64,000 bases of DNA, taken from the IMG/VR virus record IMGVR_UViG_2825807022_000004, one strand, 5' to 3'. A program made the position numbers and the translations under genes. Within the stretch, counting starts at the first letter, position 1; each line of letters begins with the position of its first letter. The notes under the pieces were generated by a model, which saw only the letters and a program-made list of their open reading frames with translations, did not search any database and had not been told where the DNA came from. This stretch comes from a virus. Below, in pieces: positions 35,099 to 44,544 of the stretch.

Positions 35099-35968
35099 TT
35101 AATATCCTATGGCAATCCAACGGCATGGCACTGATGAGGCTGCCGCATTGCGTAAAAAACCCTGTGCATTAAACGATAATGTCTGATGATAGATTAAACC
35201 GTGCGCCCCGGTGTCTGCCGATTGAGGGATCTGCAGCACCGTGAGACAGTCGACAGAAAATGGCGTAGGGAAGTTGACTCCCTGACCTGATGAGAAGTAG
35301 CCCCACTGAATCATCAACCCGCGAGGAACATCAGGGATACGGATGTAATCATTCGCGCTGTATGATCTCTTGGGAATAAGTGACGCGAGGCAGTCCATTG
35401 TTGCAAGAAGACTCGTACTGCCTGCTGGAATATCGTCTCGAGTCCCGACCCCCAGCAAGGCCGCTGCACCTAGCTGAAGTGCGAGTCTGAAAGCTGCCTT
35501 GTCAGGAATATCCGCACCATTTGACGCTTTAGACATTTTACTCTGGGCTTGACCAAAAGTGTATGTAACTGAATTTATAGTGGCCGCAAGTGTTGTATCT
35601 GTACTACCTACATTGTCACTCAGCCTTACTAATCCAGCATTTTTCAATGATGCTTCCTGAATACCAAGGTTTGCGAGAGTTTGTGCGACGGCGGCTTGTC
35701 CCGCATTTTTAATTTCAGACAGGTTATTGGTTGTTTTTAAAAAACCACCATCAGTGATTAATTTTGAAATGGCTGTGGTGAGTTGATTAAATTTTGTCGT
35801 GTCGGGTGTCACCCCACCAGCGACCAATACGTTGATCAATTCCCGCTGAATCGTGTTAAACCACTCCGCCGGAAAGATGGTGGGCGGTGTACCGCCAGCA
35901 ACGTTACCATCGGTAAACTCGCCGTTACTGTCCGCTCGAGTATTGGGAATATCGCCAATTTTTTGCAT
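35099..35968 (-). CDS. Tail fibre protein (short)
   Basis: FTDGNVAGG...AEWFNTIQRELINV N-terminus; NNLSEI; C-terminal GLMIQWG domain. Confidence 0.85.
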   Translation of the reverse strand: MQKIGDIPNTRADSNGEFTDGNVAGGTPPTIFPAEWFNTIQRELINVLVAGGVTPDTTKFNQLTTAISKLITDGGFLKTTNNLSEIKNAGQAAVAQTLANLGIQEASLKNAGLVRLSDNVGSTDTTLAATINSVTYTFGQAQSKMSKASNGADIPDKAAFRLALQLGAAALLGVGTRDDIPAGSTSLLATMDCLASLIPKRSYSANDYIRIPDVPRGLMIQWGYFSSGQGVNFPTPFSVDCLTVLQIPQSADTGAHGLIYHQTLSFNAQGFLRNAAASSVPCRWIAIGY

Positions 35969-36018
35969 AGAAAATTCCTCGCCAATCAAGGCGCTTTAAA
36001 ATTAAAGAAAGTCATGAG

Positions 36019-36615
36019 TTAACTAATGTAGCCGAACCGGAGAATGGCATGTGAGGGATTTAGCGCTGCAAGGCGACACTCGAGTTGTTTATTACCCCAG
36101 GTTCGCAGCGGATCGCCGCTGTAAGTCAGGCCGCATTGGGCTGTATTAACCGTGGTTTCCGGGGCGGTAATCAGCCAGGTAAACGGCCAGTCCTCGCCGT
36201 TAATAGCATCGCCGCACACTGACATGCCCGCACAGGCCTGCCGGTACTGGGTGATTTCAATGGTATAACCCAGCGCCTGAGCTACCCGGATAAAATAAGC
36301 CGCCGATTGGCCACCTGAACCGAACAATTTAGACACCACGGCGCGCTGGCGTTGGATAAGGCTGTCAATCTCACCAATAGCACATAAATCGGGCAGACCC
36401 AGCGTGGATTCCCATTCTGGCAGTAACGCTGTAGCAGTGGCAGGGAATGCTGCGATTAACAGATCCTGCGCCTCTTCATCACTGCGCTGATAGGCGGCAG
36501 CCAACGCTCTGAGCACCGCCGTTTGTGCTCCATCCGGTCGCCGTGGCCACGCCAGCCCCGTGGGCATGAGAGCCTGCAAAGCCTGCGTATATTCATTAAC
36601 GGAGAATCGGCTCAT
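36019..36615 (-). CDS. Baseplate protein YmfQ/DUF2313 (Mu gp48-like)
   Basis: LQALMPTGLAW, LLPEWESTLGLPD. Confidence 0.85.
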   Translation of the reverse strand: MSRFSVNEYTQALQALMPTGLAWPRRPDGAQTAVLRALAAAYQRSDEEAQDLLIAAFPATATALLPEWESTLGLPDLCAIGEIDSLIQRQRAVVSKLFGSGGQSAAYFIRVAQALGYTIEITQYRQACAGMSVCGDAINGEDWPFTWLITAPETTVNTAQCGLTYSGDPLRTWGNKQLECRLAALNPSHAILRFGYIS

Positions 36616-37748
36616 GTGTAGGTTACCCTCCCCCTCACCGGCAGTTCGCCGATCGCCAGTTGGGTATTGGTCGAGGGAGACGTAAGGACAAACCCACTGG
36701 TACCCGGCACATCGCCAATGGCCAGCAGCAAGGATGACCAGTAAATTTTCCCGCCAGGCTCCCCTTCCTCGAAAAAGACCTCATCGATGGCCGCGTTGAT
36801 AGCCTCAACCGTGGCACTGCCCGCCCCCGCTATCCCCGCAATAACAAAATCAATCGGCTTTTTTGTCGGTGCGCAGGCGTAAACCAGTGCAATAATCGGT
36901 TGCAGGGGATAGATAGCATCAGCCACGCGCAGCTGGTCGCCGGTCGCTTTTATGGCTCCCCATTGCTCCCGTTGCGATATGCCATCGGAGCCTTGCGGGA
37001 AACCCCCGTTATCATTCCTGTCGCACATAAAATAAATGCCCACGCTCCCCGCGCCCATTAAGCGCCGCGCCACCCAGCATCGGGTGACGCCTGGCACCGC
37101 CAGCGCCCATAATCGGTAGTCGTTATCATTACCGCCCTGAGGGGTATTCTGGTAGGCCAGCAACATGCGGGAACGAAAAGCATCTTCACTCTCAATGTCT
37201 GCCCCACCCGCTATTTTCACCGTCGCTATCGCCGCAGAAGGGATGCCCTCTACGGCAACGTCGAGTGTCAGCAGCGTCCCTGCATCCGCATTGCCTGCCA
37301 CCCCGCCACCGGTAACATTATCCAATGGGCTGGACAAAATAGCCGTTACACTGCCGGTACCCGTTCCTGCCGGGGCTATCGTTACATCACTATCGAGGGT
37401 GTATTGATAACCGTCAGCCCGATTCAGCACCGCGCCAGCCGCAACAATACGGCCTGCCGTTCCGGTGAATGATACAACAGGGCAAGTTGCCGGATTGGCT
37501 GGTTTTTGAAAAACGTCTTTCAGCGCGGCCCAGCCTGCCAGGTATTCGTCAGTGGCATGAAATGGCGTGGCCTGCAGGGCGATATAATCAAGGTAACCGT
37601 AATGCAAATGAGCTAGACCGGCATCAGCATCACTGATCACGCCCAAGTTAGAGAAGCGCAGTAAACTGCCGGTGGTTTTTAACTCAGACTGGATATAGGA
37701 CTTATTGCGCTGGCGTAATTCGGTTAATGTCGGTCGATTGAATGGCAT
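36612..37748 (-). CDS. Baseplate J-like protein (Mu gp47-like)
   Basis: RPTLTEL, GGADIESEDAFRSR, PQGG...Y..WAL. Confidence 0.9.
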   Translation of the reverse strand: MPFNRPTLTELRQRNKSYIQSELKTTGSLLRFSNLGVISDADAGLAHLHYGYLDYIALQATPFHATDEYLAGWAALKDVFQKPANPATCPVVSFTGTAGRIVAAGAVLNRADGYQYTLDSDVTIAPAGTGTGSVTAILSSPLDNVTGGGVAGNADAGTLLTLDVAVEGIPSAAIATVKIAGGADIESEDAFRSRMLLAYQNTPQGGNDNDYRLWALAVPGVTRCWVARRLMGAGSVGIYFMCDRNDNGGFPQGSDGISQREQWGAIKATGDQLRVADAIYPLQPIIALVYACAPTKKPIDFVIAGIAGAGSATVEAINAAIDEVFFEEGEPGGKIYWSSLLLAIGDVPGTSGFVLTSPSTNTQLAIGELPVRGRVTYT

Positions 37749-37751
37749 AAA

Positions 37752-38189
37752 TTATTGCTCCCATACCCATGAGAATTTAACCGTAGTCTGGGTTTTACCC
37801 GGCTGCTGGTAACGGATGATCAGATTTAAGCGGTTGGGATAGATGATTTGGGCGGCGACGTTGATGCTGCTGACAACCTGATCCGAAATCAGCCACGCCA
37901 GCGCTTCACGGGCGTAATCCTCTGCCTTGATGGCAACCTGGGTGGTCAGTTTCTGGCGGCGTAACAACCACAGGCGGGAGCCGATGGCCTGCTCGGTATC
38001 GGTATCTCCCCACCAACCGCGCCGATCGGCATCGTCCAGCACATCATCAGCGCGGGCCTGCCGGTCAGTAAACAGGCTGATAAGAATGGCGGTTTTCAGG
38101 TCATCGCCGTCAGCCAGCCCAAGCCCCGCGGATTGCGACCAGTCGCCGATGGATTCGTTAACATTCCAGAGGGTGGTAATATCTGTCAT
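37752..38189 (-). CDS. Baseplate protein (Mu gp46-like)
   Basis: LISLFTDR, RGWWGD, IGSRLWLLRRQK. Confidence 0.88.
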   Translation of the reverse strand: MTDITTLWNVNESIGDWSQSAGLGLADGDDLKTAILISLFTDRQARADDVLDDADRRGWWGDTDTEQAIGSRLWLLRRQKLTTQVAIKAEDYAREALAWLISDQVVSSINVAAQIIYPNRLNLIIRYQQPGKTQTTVKFSWVWEQ

Positions 38190-38779
38190 TTCACCCCCGA
38201 TCCGGGCGGCTCACTGGTGATGGTGGCACTGCCCCCTTGCACATTTTTAACCGGATGCTTATGGCTGTTATAGGCCTCACGCAGCGTTTTCAGGGTGGCC
38301 GAATTGCTTTCGCAGTGATCAATAATATCGCCGGTGACTTTCAATATTGGCGTTTTCATCAGCACGCTGTCGGTCGCATTAATGGTGACTTCGGTAGCGT
38401 TATTGACCGTTACCGGCTGGTTGTTAGCCTCAATAATAATCCCCGCCTCTGTCAGCTTGATAAACTGCCCCCACTGGGAGTAAATCACCGTTTCCCCCGC
38501 AGATAAGCCGGTATGGCGATAGGCTTGATGGTTAGAGGCAATGATCACAGCGCTCGAACGGTCACCGCCAAGAAAACCAATGACCACATCAGAACCAACG
38601 GGAAGTGCAGAAGAAAAACCGAACTCCGCCATGCGAGGCGTGTTGCCACGGACTTCCAGCGGGGTCTGGTATTGCACCGTTTGGGCGCTGCCGGCATCGC
38701 TGGAAGCCGTCACCCGCCCCACCCCAAGCATCATTTTGACTTGCCGGTATAATCGGGAAAGTTGCCCTGAATCATTCAT
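38186..38779 (-). CDS. Baseplate spike (Mu gp45-like)
   Basis: EFGFSSALP, C-terminal HKH metal motif. Confidence 0.85.
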   Translation of the reverse strand: MNDSGQLSRLYRQVKMMLGVGRVTASSDAGSAQTVQYQTPLEVRGNTPRMAEFGFSSALPVGSDVVIGFLGGDRSSAVIIASNHQAYRHTGLSAGETVIYSQWGQFIKLTEAGIIIEANNQPVTVNNATEVTINATDSVLMKTPILKVTGDIIDHCESNSATLKTLREAYNSHKHPVKNVQGGSATITSEPPGSGVK

Positions 38780-39849
38780 CAGTGAGCTATCTCCATCAGG
38801 TTGCTATAGAACTGGTAAGGCTGAACGGTGAACGCGGCTGGCGGCATCAAGACCATCTGCGCCGTGGTACCGTAATCGTCTTTTAGATAGGTCACTTCGG
38901 CCAATAACCACAGTTCATCCTTTAAACCAAAAACTGGTACATCAATCGGGATCAGGGTGTTGGGTTCCCACAGTTTGCCGTCCTTGTCCCGCCAGCTATC
39001 CACGGTGACCAACAGTTCTTTTGAACGTCCGTAACGGCGGTTCATTTCCCAATCAATGCACCGCTGTGCCAGTTGAGCCGCCTTCATGGTACTTTCGACA
39101 ATAATAATGCGATTGCGATAACGCATCCGGGCTGCCTCTGGATCGCGACTCCTTGCCAGAGTCACCGAACCATATCCCGCATCCTGAACCTGTTCCTGTA
39201 ACTGGCTGACTGACATGGAAACACCAATATAGTCAGAGAAGCGCTCATCTATACCGGAGTTAAAGGCGGCTTTTTCGATATTGGTCCCCTGCGCCACGCC
39301 GCTGGCGGCTTTACGGGTACCGACGCGGGTCAGGTATAAACTGCCGTCTGGCAGGTCGTAGTACAGCAACGCCGCCCAGCGGGTAATGCGGTCGATGACT
39401 TCCTGAGACGATTCACCCCAGTTCAGGGTAAATTGCGGCACAATATCCAAATCGGTGACATCGGTCGCTACCGATACCCCATAGGGCGCGGCCAGTTTCT
39501 GGGCTATCTGTAACGCCGTGGACTGGCTGATCACATTGTTAGGCCATTCAGCGGAGCAATCGACCAAATCCTGGCATTTGCTGCGACCGGTGGCCCGGAC
39601 TTCATGGCGCGTTTTGCTGATCATCGGTGCCCAGCGGTCGATATAGCCGGTCACCACCACATCCTGACCCAGCATCACCACACAGGGATCGCCCGGATTA
39701 ACCCATTGCTGGTTATCACTTCCGGGATAAAGATCCATCAACGACAAATCGAAATCACTGGGCAGCCGCTCGATGCTGCGGGTCACCCGCACCTGATCCC
39801 AGCCTGAAATTAACTTGCCGCCGATTTTCAATGTCAGTTCGTCATTCAT
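38779..39849 (-). CDS. Baseplate hub (Mu gp44/gpP-like)
   Basis: GRSKCQDLVDCSA, WEPNTLI. Confidence 0.85.
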   Translation of the reverse strand: MNDELTLKIGGKLISGWDQVRVTRSIERLPSDFDLSLMDLYPGSDNQQWVNPGDPCVVMLGQDVVVTGYIDRWAPMISKTRHEVRATGRSKCQDLVDCSAEWPNNVISQSTALQIAQKLAAPYGVSVATDVTDLDIVPQFTLNWGESSQEVIDRITRWAALLYYDLPDGSLYLTRVGTRKAASGVAQGTNIEKAAFNSGIDERFSDYIGVSMSVSQLQEQVQDAGYGSVTLARSRDPEAARMRYRNRIIIVESTMKAAQLAQRCIDWEMNRRYGRSKELLVTVDSWRDKDGKLWEPNTLIPIDVPVFGLKDELWLLAEVTYLKDDYGTTAQMVLMPPAAFTVQPYQFYSNLMEIAH

Positions 39850-41255
39850 GAGCTTAACGCCTTAAATCGGGTGGGCATAAAGGCCGGATGGACGGGATTA
39901 GCCATACTGACTAGACCGTCGCTACGGGACGCATCCTGATACAGTCGGTTGGCAATATTCAATGCAGGCAGGGAGCGATTAAAACGCTGTATTTCCAGAC
40001 GGGATAAGTTGGCCCCGGCCTGTTGTAGCAAGGTCACGATGGACTGGCGCATATCGTTCAGTGAGCGGTATTCATCATCATGACCCCTATCGGCAGCGGC
40101 CAGCGCGGCATGATCAACCACATCACACACGCGAGCCAGTAGCGCACTGGCCTCATCATAACTTTCAGGCTGAAACTGCGACGCGGCATAAACCATTGAC
40201 CCGGCACAGAGTACGACCATCATGTGATTGGCTGCCTGGGCTATACGGGTATCACTGCTGTTGGCATAAAAAACATCGTCATTATTCTCTGATGACAGAG
40301 TTTCCATTATCCGGATCAAATCCAGGGCACTCACGGCATCCGTCATAATGGCGCTGACCAGTCGCTCAGCGGCAATGGCATAATCCTCAACCGAGGCCGC
40401 GTTGATGAATGCAGCGCTGGCTTGTGTGATAGTGGCTCGGCCCGTTACCGTCAGCGCCAGACGCTGGGAGACCAGCCCGGAGAAATCGGCAGCATCCGGT
40501 TGCTGAACACGATTACCGGTTGCACCATTGGCACTACCCCCAACGCTACCGAAATTAAAGCGGCCATAACGGGTACTGCCAAAGGTTGAACGCAGCGTGT
40601 TCCCCAGATTGGTCGCTTCATTGACCGTGCTATTGACCATCTTCACCCAAAATTGGGCCGTGTTTTTCAGGGTTTTTATCGTTTGATTAACCGCACGAAT
40701 TTCCCCTTTTACCGTGGCAATAAATCCAGTAGCGGTTTTGCTGGCCAGCCCGAACCATGATGTGCTGACAGAGGAAACCGCATCAGCCGAACTGGTGATG
40801 GCAAAAACGCGCAACCCCGTTTCAATGATGGTTAACGTGAATTCGAAAACCCGCCCACATTCAGCCCCTTCGTTAATCCTGAGACCGCTTTCCGTTATGC
40901 TGACGGTCATTTCGCCCAAAGTAGGATGCACCAGCGTGGCGGGTCCCGCTTCTTCACAGGCGGCAATCAGGGAGTCACGCTGGGTCATCACATCCGGCGC
41001 GTTATAAAGCTGGCTGCTTTGCACCAGAAACCCCCGGATGGTCATACGGCGGGTAGCCCGCCCCATATCTTCCGACCAGGCGGTGTCCCGATAGGGATAT
41101 TCGTGCATCGCCTGCCGACGCCCAAAAACACCCTCGCCGGTAACAACGGCAAAGGGAACACCACGGAAAGAGGCGGGATGCAAATGTTCCTGCCATTTCC
41201 AGCTATCGCCACTGGTACCTAATAAGTCAGAAAGGGCGCTGCCGATCAGTGACAT
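39846..41255 (-). CDS. DNA circularisation-family tail protein (Mu gp43-like)
   Basis: LHPASFRGVPF, HEYPYRD, LVHPTLG. Confidence 0.88.
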   Translation of the reverse strand: MSLIGSALSDLLGTSGDSWKWQEHLHPASFRGVPFAVVTGEGVFGRRQAMHEYPYRDTAWSEDMGRATRRMTIRGFLVQSSQLYNAPDVMTQRDSLIAACEEAGPATLVHPTLGEMTVSITESGLRINEGAECGRVFEFTLTIIETGLRVFAITSSADAVSSVSTSWFGLASKTATGFIATVKGEIRAVNQTIKTLKNTAQFWVKMVNSTVNEATNLGNTLRSTFGSTRYGRFNFGSVGGSANGATGNRVQQPDAADFSGLVSQRLALTVTGRATITQASAAFINAASVEDYAIAAERLVSAIMTDAVSALDLIRIMETLSSENNDDVFYANSSDTRIAQAANHMMVVLCAGSMVYAASQFQPESYDEASALLARVCDVVDHAALAAADRGHDDEYRSLNDMRQSIVTLLQQAGANLSRLEIQRFNRSLPALNIANRLYQDASRSDGLVSMANPVHPAFMPTRFKALSS

Positions 41256-41272
41256 TTATGCCTCCAGAAAAC

Positions 41273-41296
41273 AAAAAACCCGCACAAAGGCGGGCT
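41273..41296 (-). terminator. Terminator of the tail-operon moron
   Basis: CCCGC-CTTTGT-GCGGG followed by T-run. Confidence 0.75.
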
Positions 41297-41403
41297 TACA
41301 ATAAAGTGGCTACATTTTTTGGATTGCTGATCCGGGATTCAATTCTTTAGTCGCCAATTCACCATTAGGTTGGGTTGACTATCTTGATAAGGCGATTTTT
41401 GAT

Positions 41404-41841
41404 TTATTGGTATTTGTAATAATCCCAATTAGCAAGTTCGCTTTTAGCTTCAACATCACCCAACAATGATCTAAGAATTTTTATCTCCACTACCCTCGAT
41501 GATGCTTCACAATTAATTGGGGCGTCGTGAACTTTAGATTTAAATCCATCGATAGAGTACTTGCTAGATAGTCCCAAAATAAATGCCTTTTCATCTTTAT
41601 CTATAGAGCTTCCTTTTTCATAAAATGAGATGGTGCTTTTTATTTTCTCATCCAGATGATGTAGTTCTAAAGCCATTGCTTCAGCCCTATCCTCTCCATT
41701 GAGAAGTCTTTTTAAATAAGAATTTCCATAGTTACAACCAAGCCCCCAGATACCTGCGGCGCTTCTAGCCGCCCCTATATCAACAGGCCCTGCTAACAAG
41801 GGAAAAGATATGAAGATAATCAACAATAAAATATGCTTCAA
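41404..41841 (-). CDS. Moron: predicted exported protein (TTG start, signal peptide MKHILLLIIFISFPLLA)
   Basis: GGAG RBS 6 nt before TTG; AT-rich; own promoter and terminator. Confidence 0.75.
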   Translation of the reverse strand: MKHILLLIIFISFPLLAGPVDIGAARSAAGIWGLGCNYGNSYLKRLLNGEDRAEAMALELHHLDEKIKSTISFYEKGSSIDKDEKAFILGLSSKYSIDGFKSKVHDAPINCEASSRVVEIKILRSLLGDVEAKSELANWDYYKYQ

Positions 41842-41876
41842 ACGAATCTCCAGCCAGTTATTAACCAAACCATTGA

Positions 41877-41905
41877 AGTATATTTAGAACACGTCAGACA
41901 TACAA
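41877..41905 (-). promoter_or_regulatory. Sigma70 promoter of the tail moron
   Basis: TTGTAT-17-TATACT between TMP stop and moron start. Confidence 0.7.
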
Positions 41906-41915
41906 TTAAGTTGAA

Positions 41916-43739
41916 TTAACCCGGGTAATTCATTGAGGTTGCTACACGCCCTCCCGACTTGCTGGTAATAATCTTACGCTCTCCACTACTGGCATCAATG
42001 AACGTCAGTTCTATCTCCGTTTTATTGCCTGCCATCGCCTGCATAATAGCGTTGGCTATATCCTGGCTACTTCCGGCGTTATCGTTACCTGAGGCTAGAA
42101 TAGAAGCTCGCTGGTCACCATTAATATTGGGTGTAGTGCTTGAATTGAAAGTCTCTTCACTTGATTGAGGATGAATCGGCGGTAAACCCGGCATGATTTT
42201 TTGTAGATAATGACGAGTTTCGGCAGGTGCTTTTTCTAAGCCATGCTTTTTGACGTTATTCTGTCCCCAGTTATAAGACGCAACAGCCTTATTGACATCA
42301 CCATCGAACATTTTAAGCAAATCAGAAAGATACTTGGCTGCGGCTTCACTTGATTTATTGAAGTCCATACGATCTTCTGTGGTATTTAATCCATAATCTC
42401 TGCCCGTTGGAGGCATAAACTGGAACGGTCCTTGTGCCCCTTTTGGCGACAGCAAATTTTTTCCCCGCCCCGACTCAGCTTGATAGACCCGATCCAGAAT
42501 GGTGGGTGGCAAATTATACTTCGATTCAAGTTGCGTCAGTCTAGCCTGCTGTTGATTTTCGCCGGGAAGCATATAGGGCGTATTGACCGGTGCTGCCGCC
42601 TTTTTCTTTTCTGCCTCCAGCCGTTTTTTTTCCTGCTCTTCCCATGCACGACCGTAATGCTCATTTAACTTTTGAGTAAAATCCTTATCGGGATAACCCA
42701 ACGTTAAATACGTTTTCTCTTTAAATGACAGCGAGTCTTTAAATTTGTCATCCACCCGCGCCCGGTGAAGAATATCTTTCTGTTTATCACCATGAGCAAA
42801 AGCGTCCGCAGTATCACCCGCGCGTTTTTTATACTCGTCAACGGAAGCCATAACCGGTGTCATGGCTTCGTTTGGCCTTAACAGTTTTTGCGCCGCCCAT
42901 GTTTTTCCTTTAACCATCAGCCCATCCATCGCCGCGCTGGCTTCATTTAACTGAGCATTCAACTCGACCAGTTGCACATTGGTTTGTGGATCAACCGTTA
43001 AGCCTAATGTATCCGATTTCGCCAGCAGTTCTTTGTACCTGACACCTTCCCGCATTAATGCTAAAAAATTAGCATCAAACCCCAAAGCATCGGCTAATGT
43101 TTTCTGGGTCTGCGGGGCAAGTTTAGGGAAGACCTTTGCCACGTTTTCCAGTGTCTTATAGACATCCGCTGTGCCATCTTTGAGACGCTCGATGACAATC
43201 CCGTTCTGAGCCAGCAATGCCTGTGTCGTGTCATTACGCGTCCACAAGGGGTCATTAAACGTCTTATATAATCCCTCTACAGATTGCCGGGCTGAATCAC
43301 TATCGATCCCTAATATCTGCATCGCGCCACTGACACGGCTAAAATTATCAACCGACATACCGGCATTTTTTGCCGCCGTATCCAGTCGATAGGCGTTACC
43401 CGCCGCCTCACCCAACCCTCTGGCTAGCCCGTTGATGACATACCCGCCAGCGGCTAAGCCGCCCAGTTTGAATGCTTTGCTGCCTAATTCCCCGACCATT
43501 TTCAGCGGTGGCACCAGGTCACCGATGTACTGGACACCTTCACGGGCAGAACGCCCCATTCCCTGAAATTTACCCTGCAGGTTATCCAGCCCTTCGACAG
43601 ACTCATTCCCGCCAAGCTGTAAACCATCACGGGTTTTATCCAACTGAGGTAGCAGGTTTTTTACTGCCTCATCGATACGCTGAATGGAGGCCGATGCCTG
43701 GTCAGTCGCGGTCAACTCAAAGTCAAAAGCGTTACCCAT
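41916..43739 (-). CDS. Tape measure protein with C-terminal lytic transglycosylase (SLT) domain, allele B
   Basis: 607 aa; AES, GAQGPFQFMP, AVASYNWG motifs; follows chaperone. Confidence 0.88.
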   Translation of the reverse strand: MGNAFDFELTATDQASASIQRIDEAVKNLLPQLDKTRDGLQLGGNESVEGLDNLQGKFQGMGRSAREGVQYIGDLVPPLKMVGELGSKAFKLGGLAAGGYVINGLARGLGEAAGNAYRLDTAAKNAGMSVDNFSRVSGAMQILGIDSDSARQSVEGLYKTFNDPLWTRNDTTQALLAQNGIVIERLKDGTADVYKTLENVAKVFPKLAPQTQKTLADALGFDANFLALMREGVRYKELLAKSDTLGLTVDPQTNVQLVELNAQLNEASAAMDGLMVKGKTWAAQKLLRPNEAMTPVMASVDEYKKRAGDTADAFAHGDKQKDILHRARVDDKFKDSLSFKEKTYLTLGYPDKDFTQKLNEHYGRAWEEQEKKRLEAEKKKAAAPVNTPYMLPGENQQQARLTQLESKYNLPPTILDRVYQAESGRGKNLLSPKGAQGPFQFMPPTGRDYGLNTTEDRMDFNKSSEAAAKYLSDLLKMFDGDVNKAVASYNWGQNNVKKHGLEKAPAETRHYLQKIMPGLPPIHPQSSEETFNSSTTPNINGDQRASILASGNDNAGSSQDIANAIMQAMAGNKTEIELTFIDASSGERKIITSKSGGRVATSMNYPG

Positions 43740-43905
43740 TTTGTTTATCTGCCCTTATTTTGTTGATCCGCTGAGCCTGCTCACACCACCATAGCAACTG
43801 GCTGTAGGTCAGGGACCACGCATCAGCTGGTCCCCATCCGTAGTAATAGGTCACATCGGCTAGTGTGTCCCGCCATCCCCCTTCGCTGGGGAGTAGGATA
43901 AAAAA
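43732..43905 (-). other. -1 frameshift extension of chaperone, allele B; slippery site 43899-43905
   Basis: -1 frame reads ...LADVTYYYGWGPADAWSLTYSQLLWW... to a stop at 43732-43734. Confidence 0.8.
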
Positions 43906-44162
43906 CTCATCATGTAGACCTCGCAGGCCTTGTAGTCGGTGAAAGCCATTTTTTTGATGGCTTCCCGTGGCACATTCGACACTAGAGAAATAAGCAACCC
44001 CATGCCGCTAAGCGAACCGTTTTTGCTTTGCTCATCGTAGAATTGCTGCACTTGTAACAGCGTCGGTTCGCTCAGTTCAATCGCTTCATAGGTGGTTTTC
44101 ATGGCTTCGTGGCCGATCGGTTTAACGAGGGTAATTGTTTTCGTGCGTTCTAATTCAGACAT
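43860..44162 (-). CDS. Tail assembly chaperone, allele B
   Basis: N-terminus identical to allele A, remainder diverged. Confidence 0.85.
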   Translation of the reverse strand: MSELERTKTITLVKPIGHEAMKTTYEAIELSEPTLLQVQQFYDEQSKNGSLSGMGLLISLVSNVPREAIKKMAFTDYKACEVYMMSFLSYSPAKGDGGTH

Positions 44163-44163
44163 A

Positions 44164-44532
44164 TTAATTCTCCGTGACCGAGCCGCCTTCCCAGCGAATA
44201 TCCGCCGTCGCTTCCGTACTGTCCACTTCCTGCGTATTCACCGACCACATGCCGCTGCCGATAATGGTTTTACCGTTCGCCAGTTCACAGATGATGCTGA
44301 CGTTGGTCTGTTCGTTAAAATCACTGATTGAGGTTCCGCCACTATCGCGGATCTGGCAGGAAATAAATGGGGCGCTGAAGGTTTCTTTATAACCGTGTAC
44401 CCCATCCATGCCGGTTAACGTCTCACGCTTGACCCGTGACGGGCTGTATTTAAACTGCCCCGCCACCATGATGGTCAGTCCGTCTACCGTGACAAAGGCG
44501 GTACCGGCCAGACGGTTTCTTGTATCACCCAT
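44164..44532 (-). CDS. Tail tube protein
   Basis: Identical to 1213..1581. Confidence 0.85.
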   Translation of the reverse strand: MGDTRNRLAGTAFVTVDGLTIMVAGQFKYSPSRVKRETLTGMDGVHGYKETFSAPFISCQIRDSGGTSISDFNEQTNVSIICELANGKTIIGSGMWSVNTQEVDSTEATADIRWEGGSVTEN

Positions 44533-44544
44533 AAAATCGATCCC

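Noticed and set aside
34675-36000. Diversity-generating retroelement or shufflon at the tail fibre
   Set aside because: No reverse transcriptase, template/variable repeat pair, invertase or inversion sites in the window
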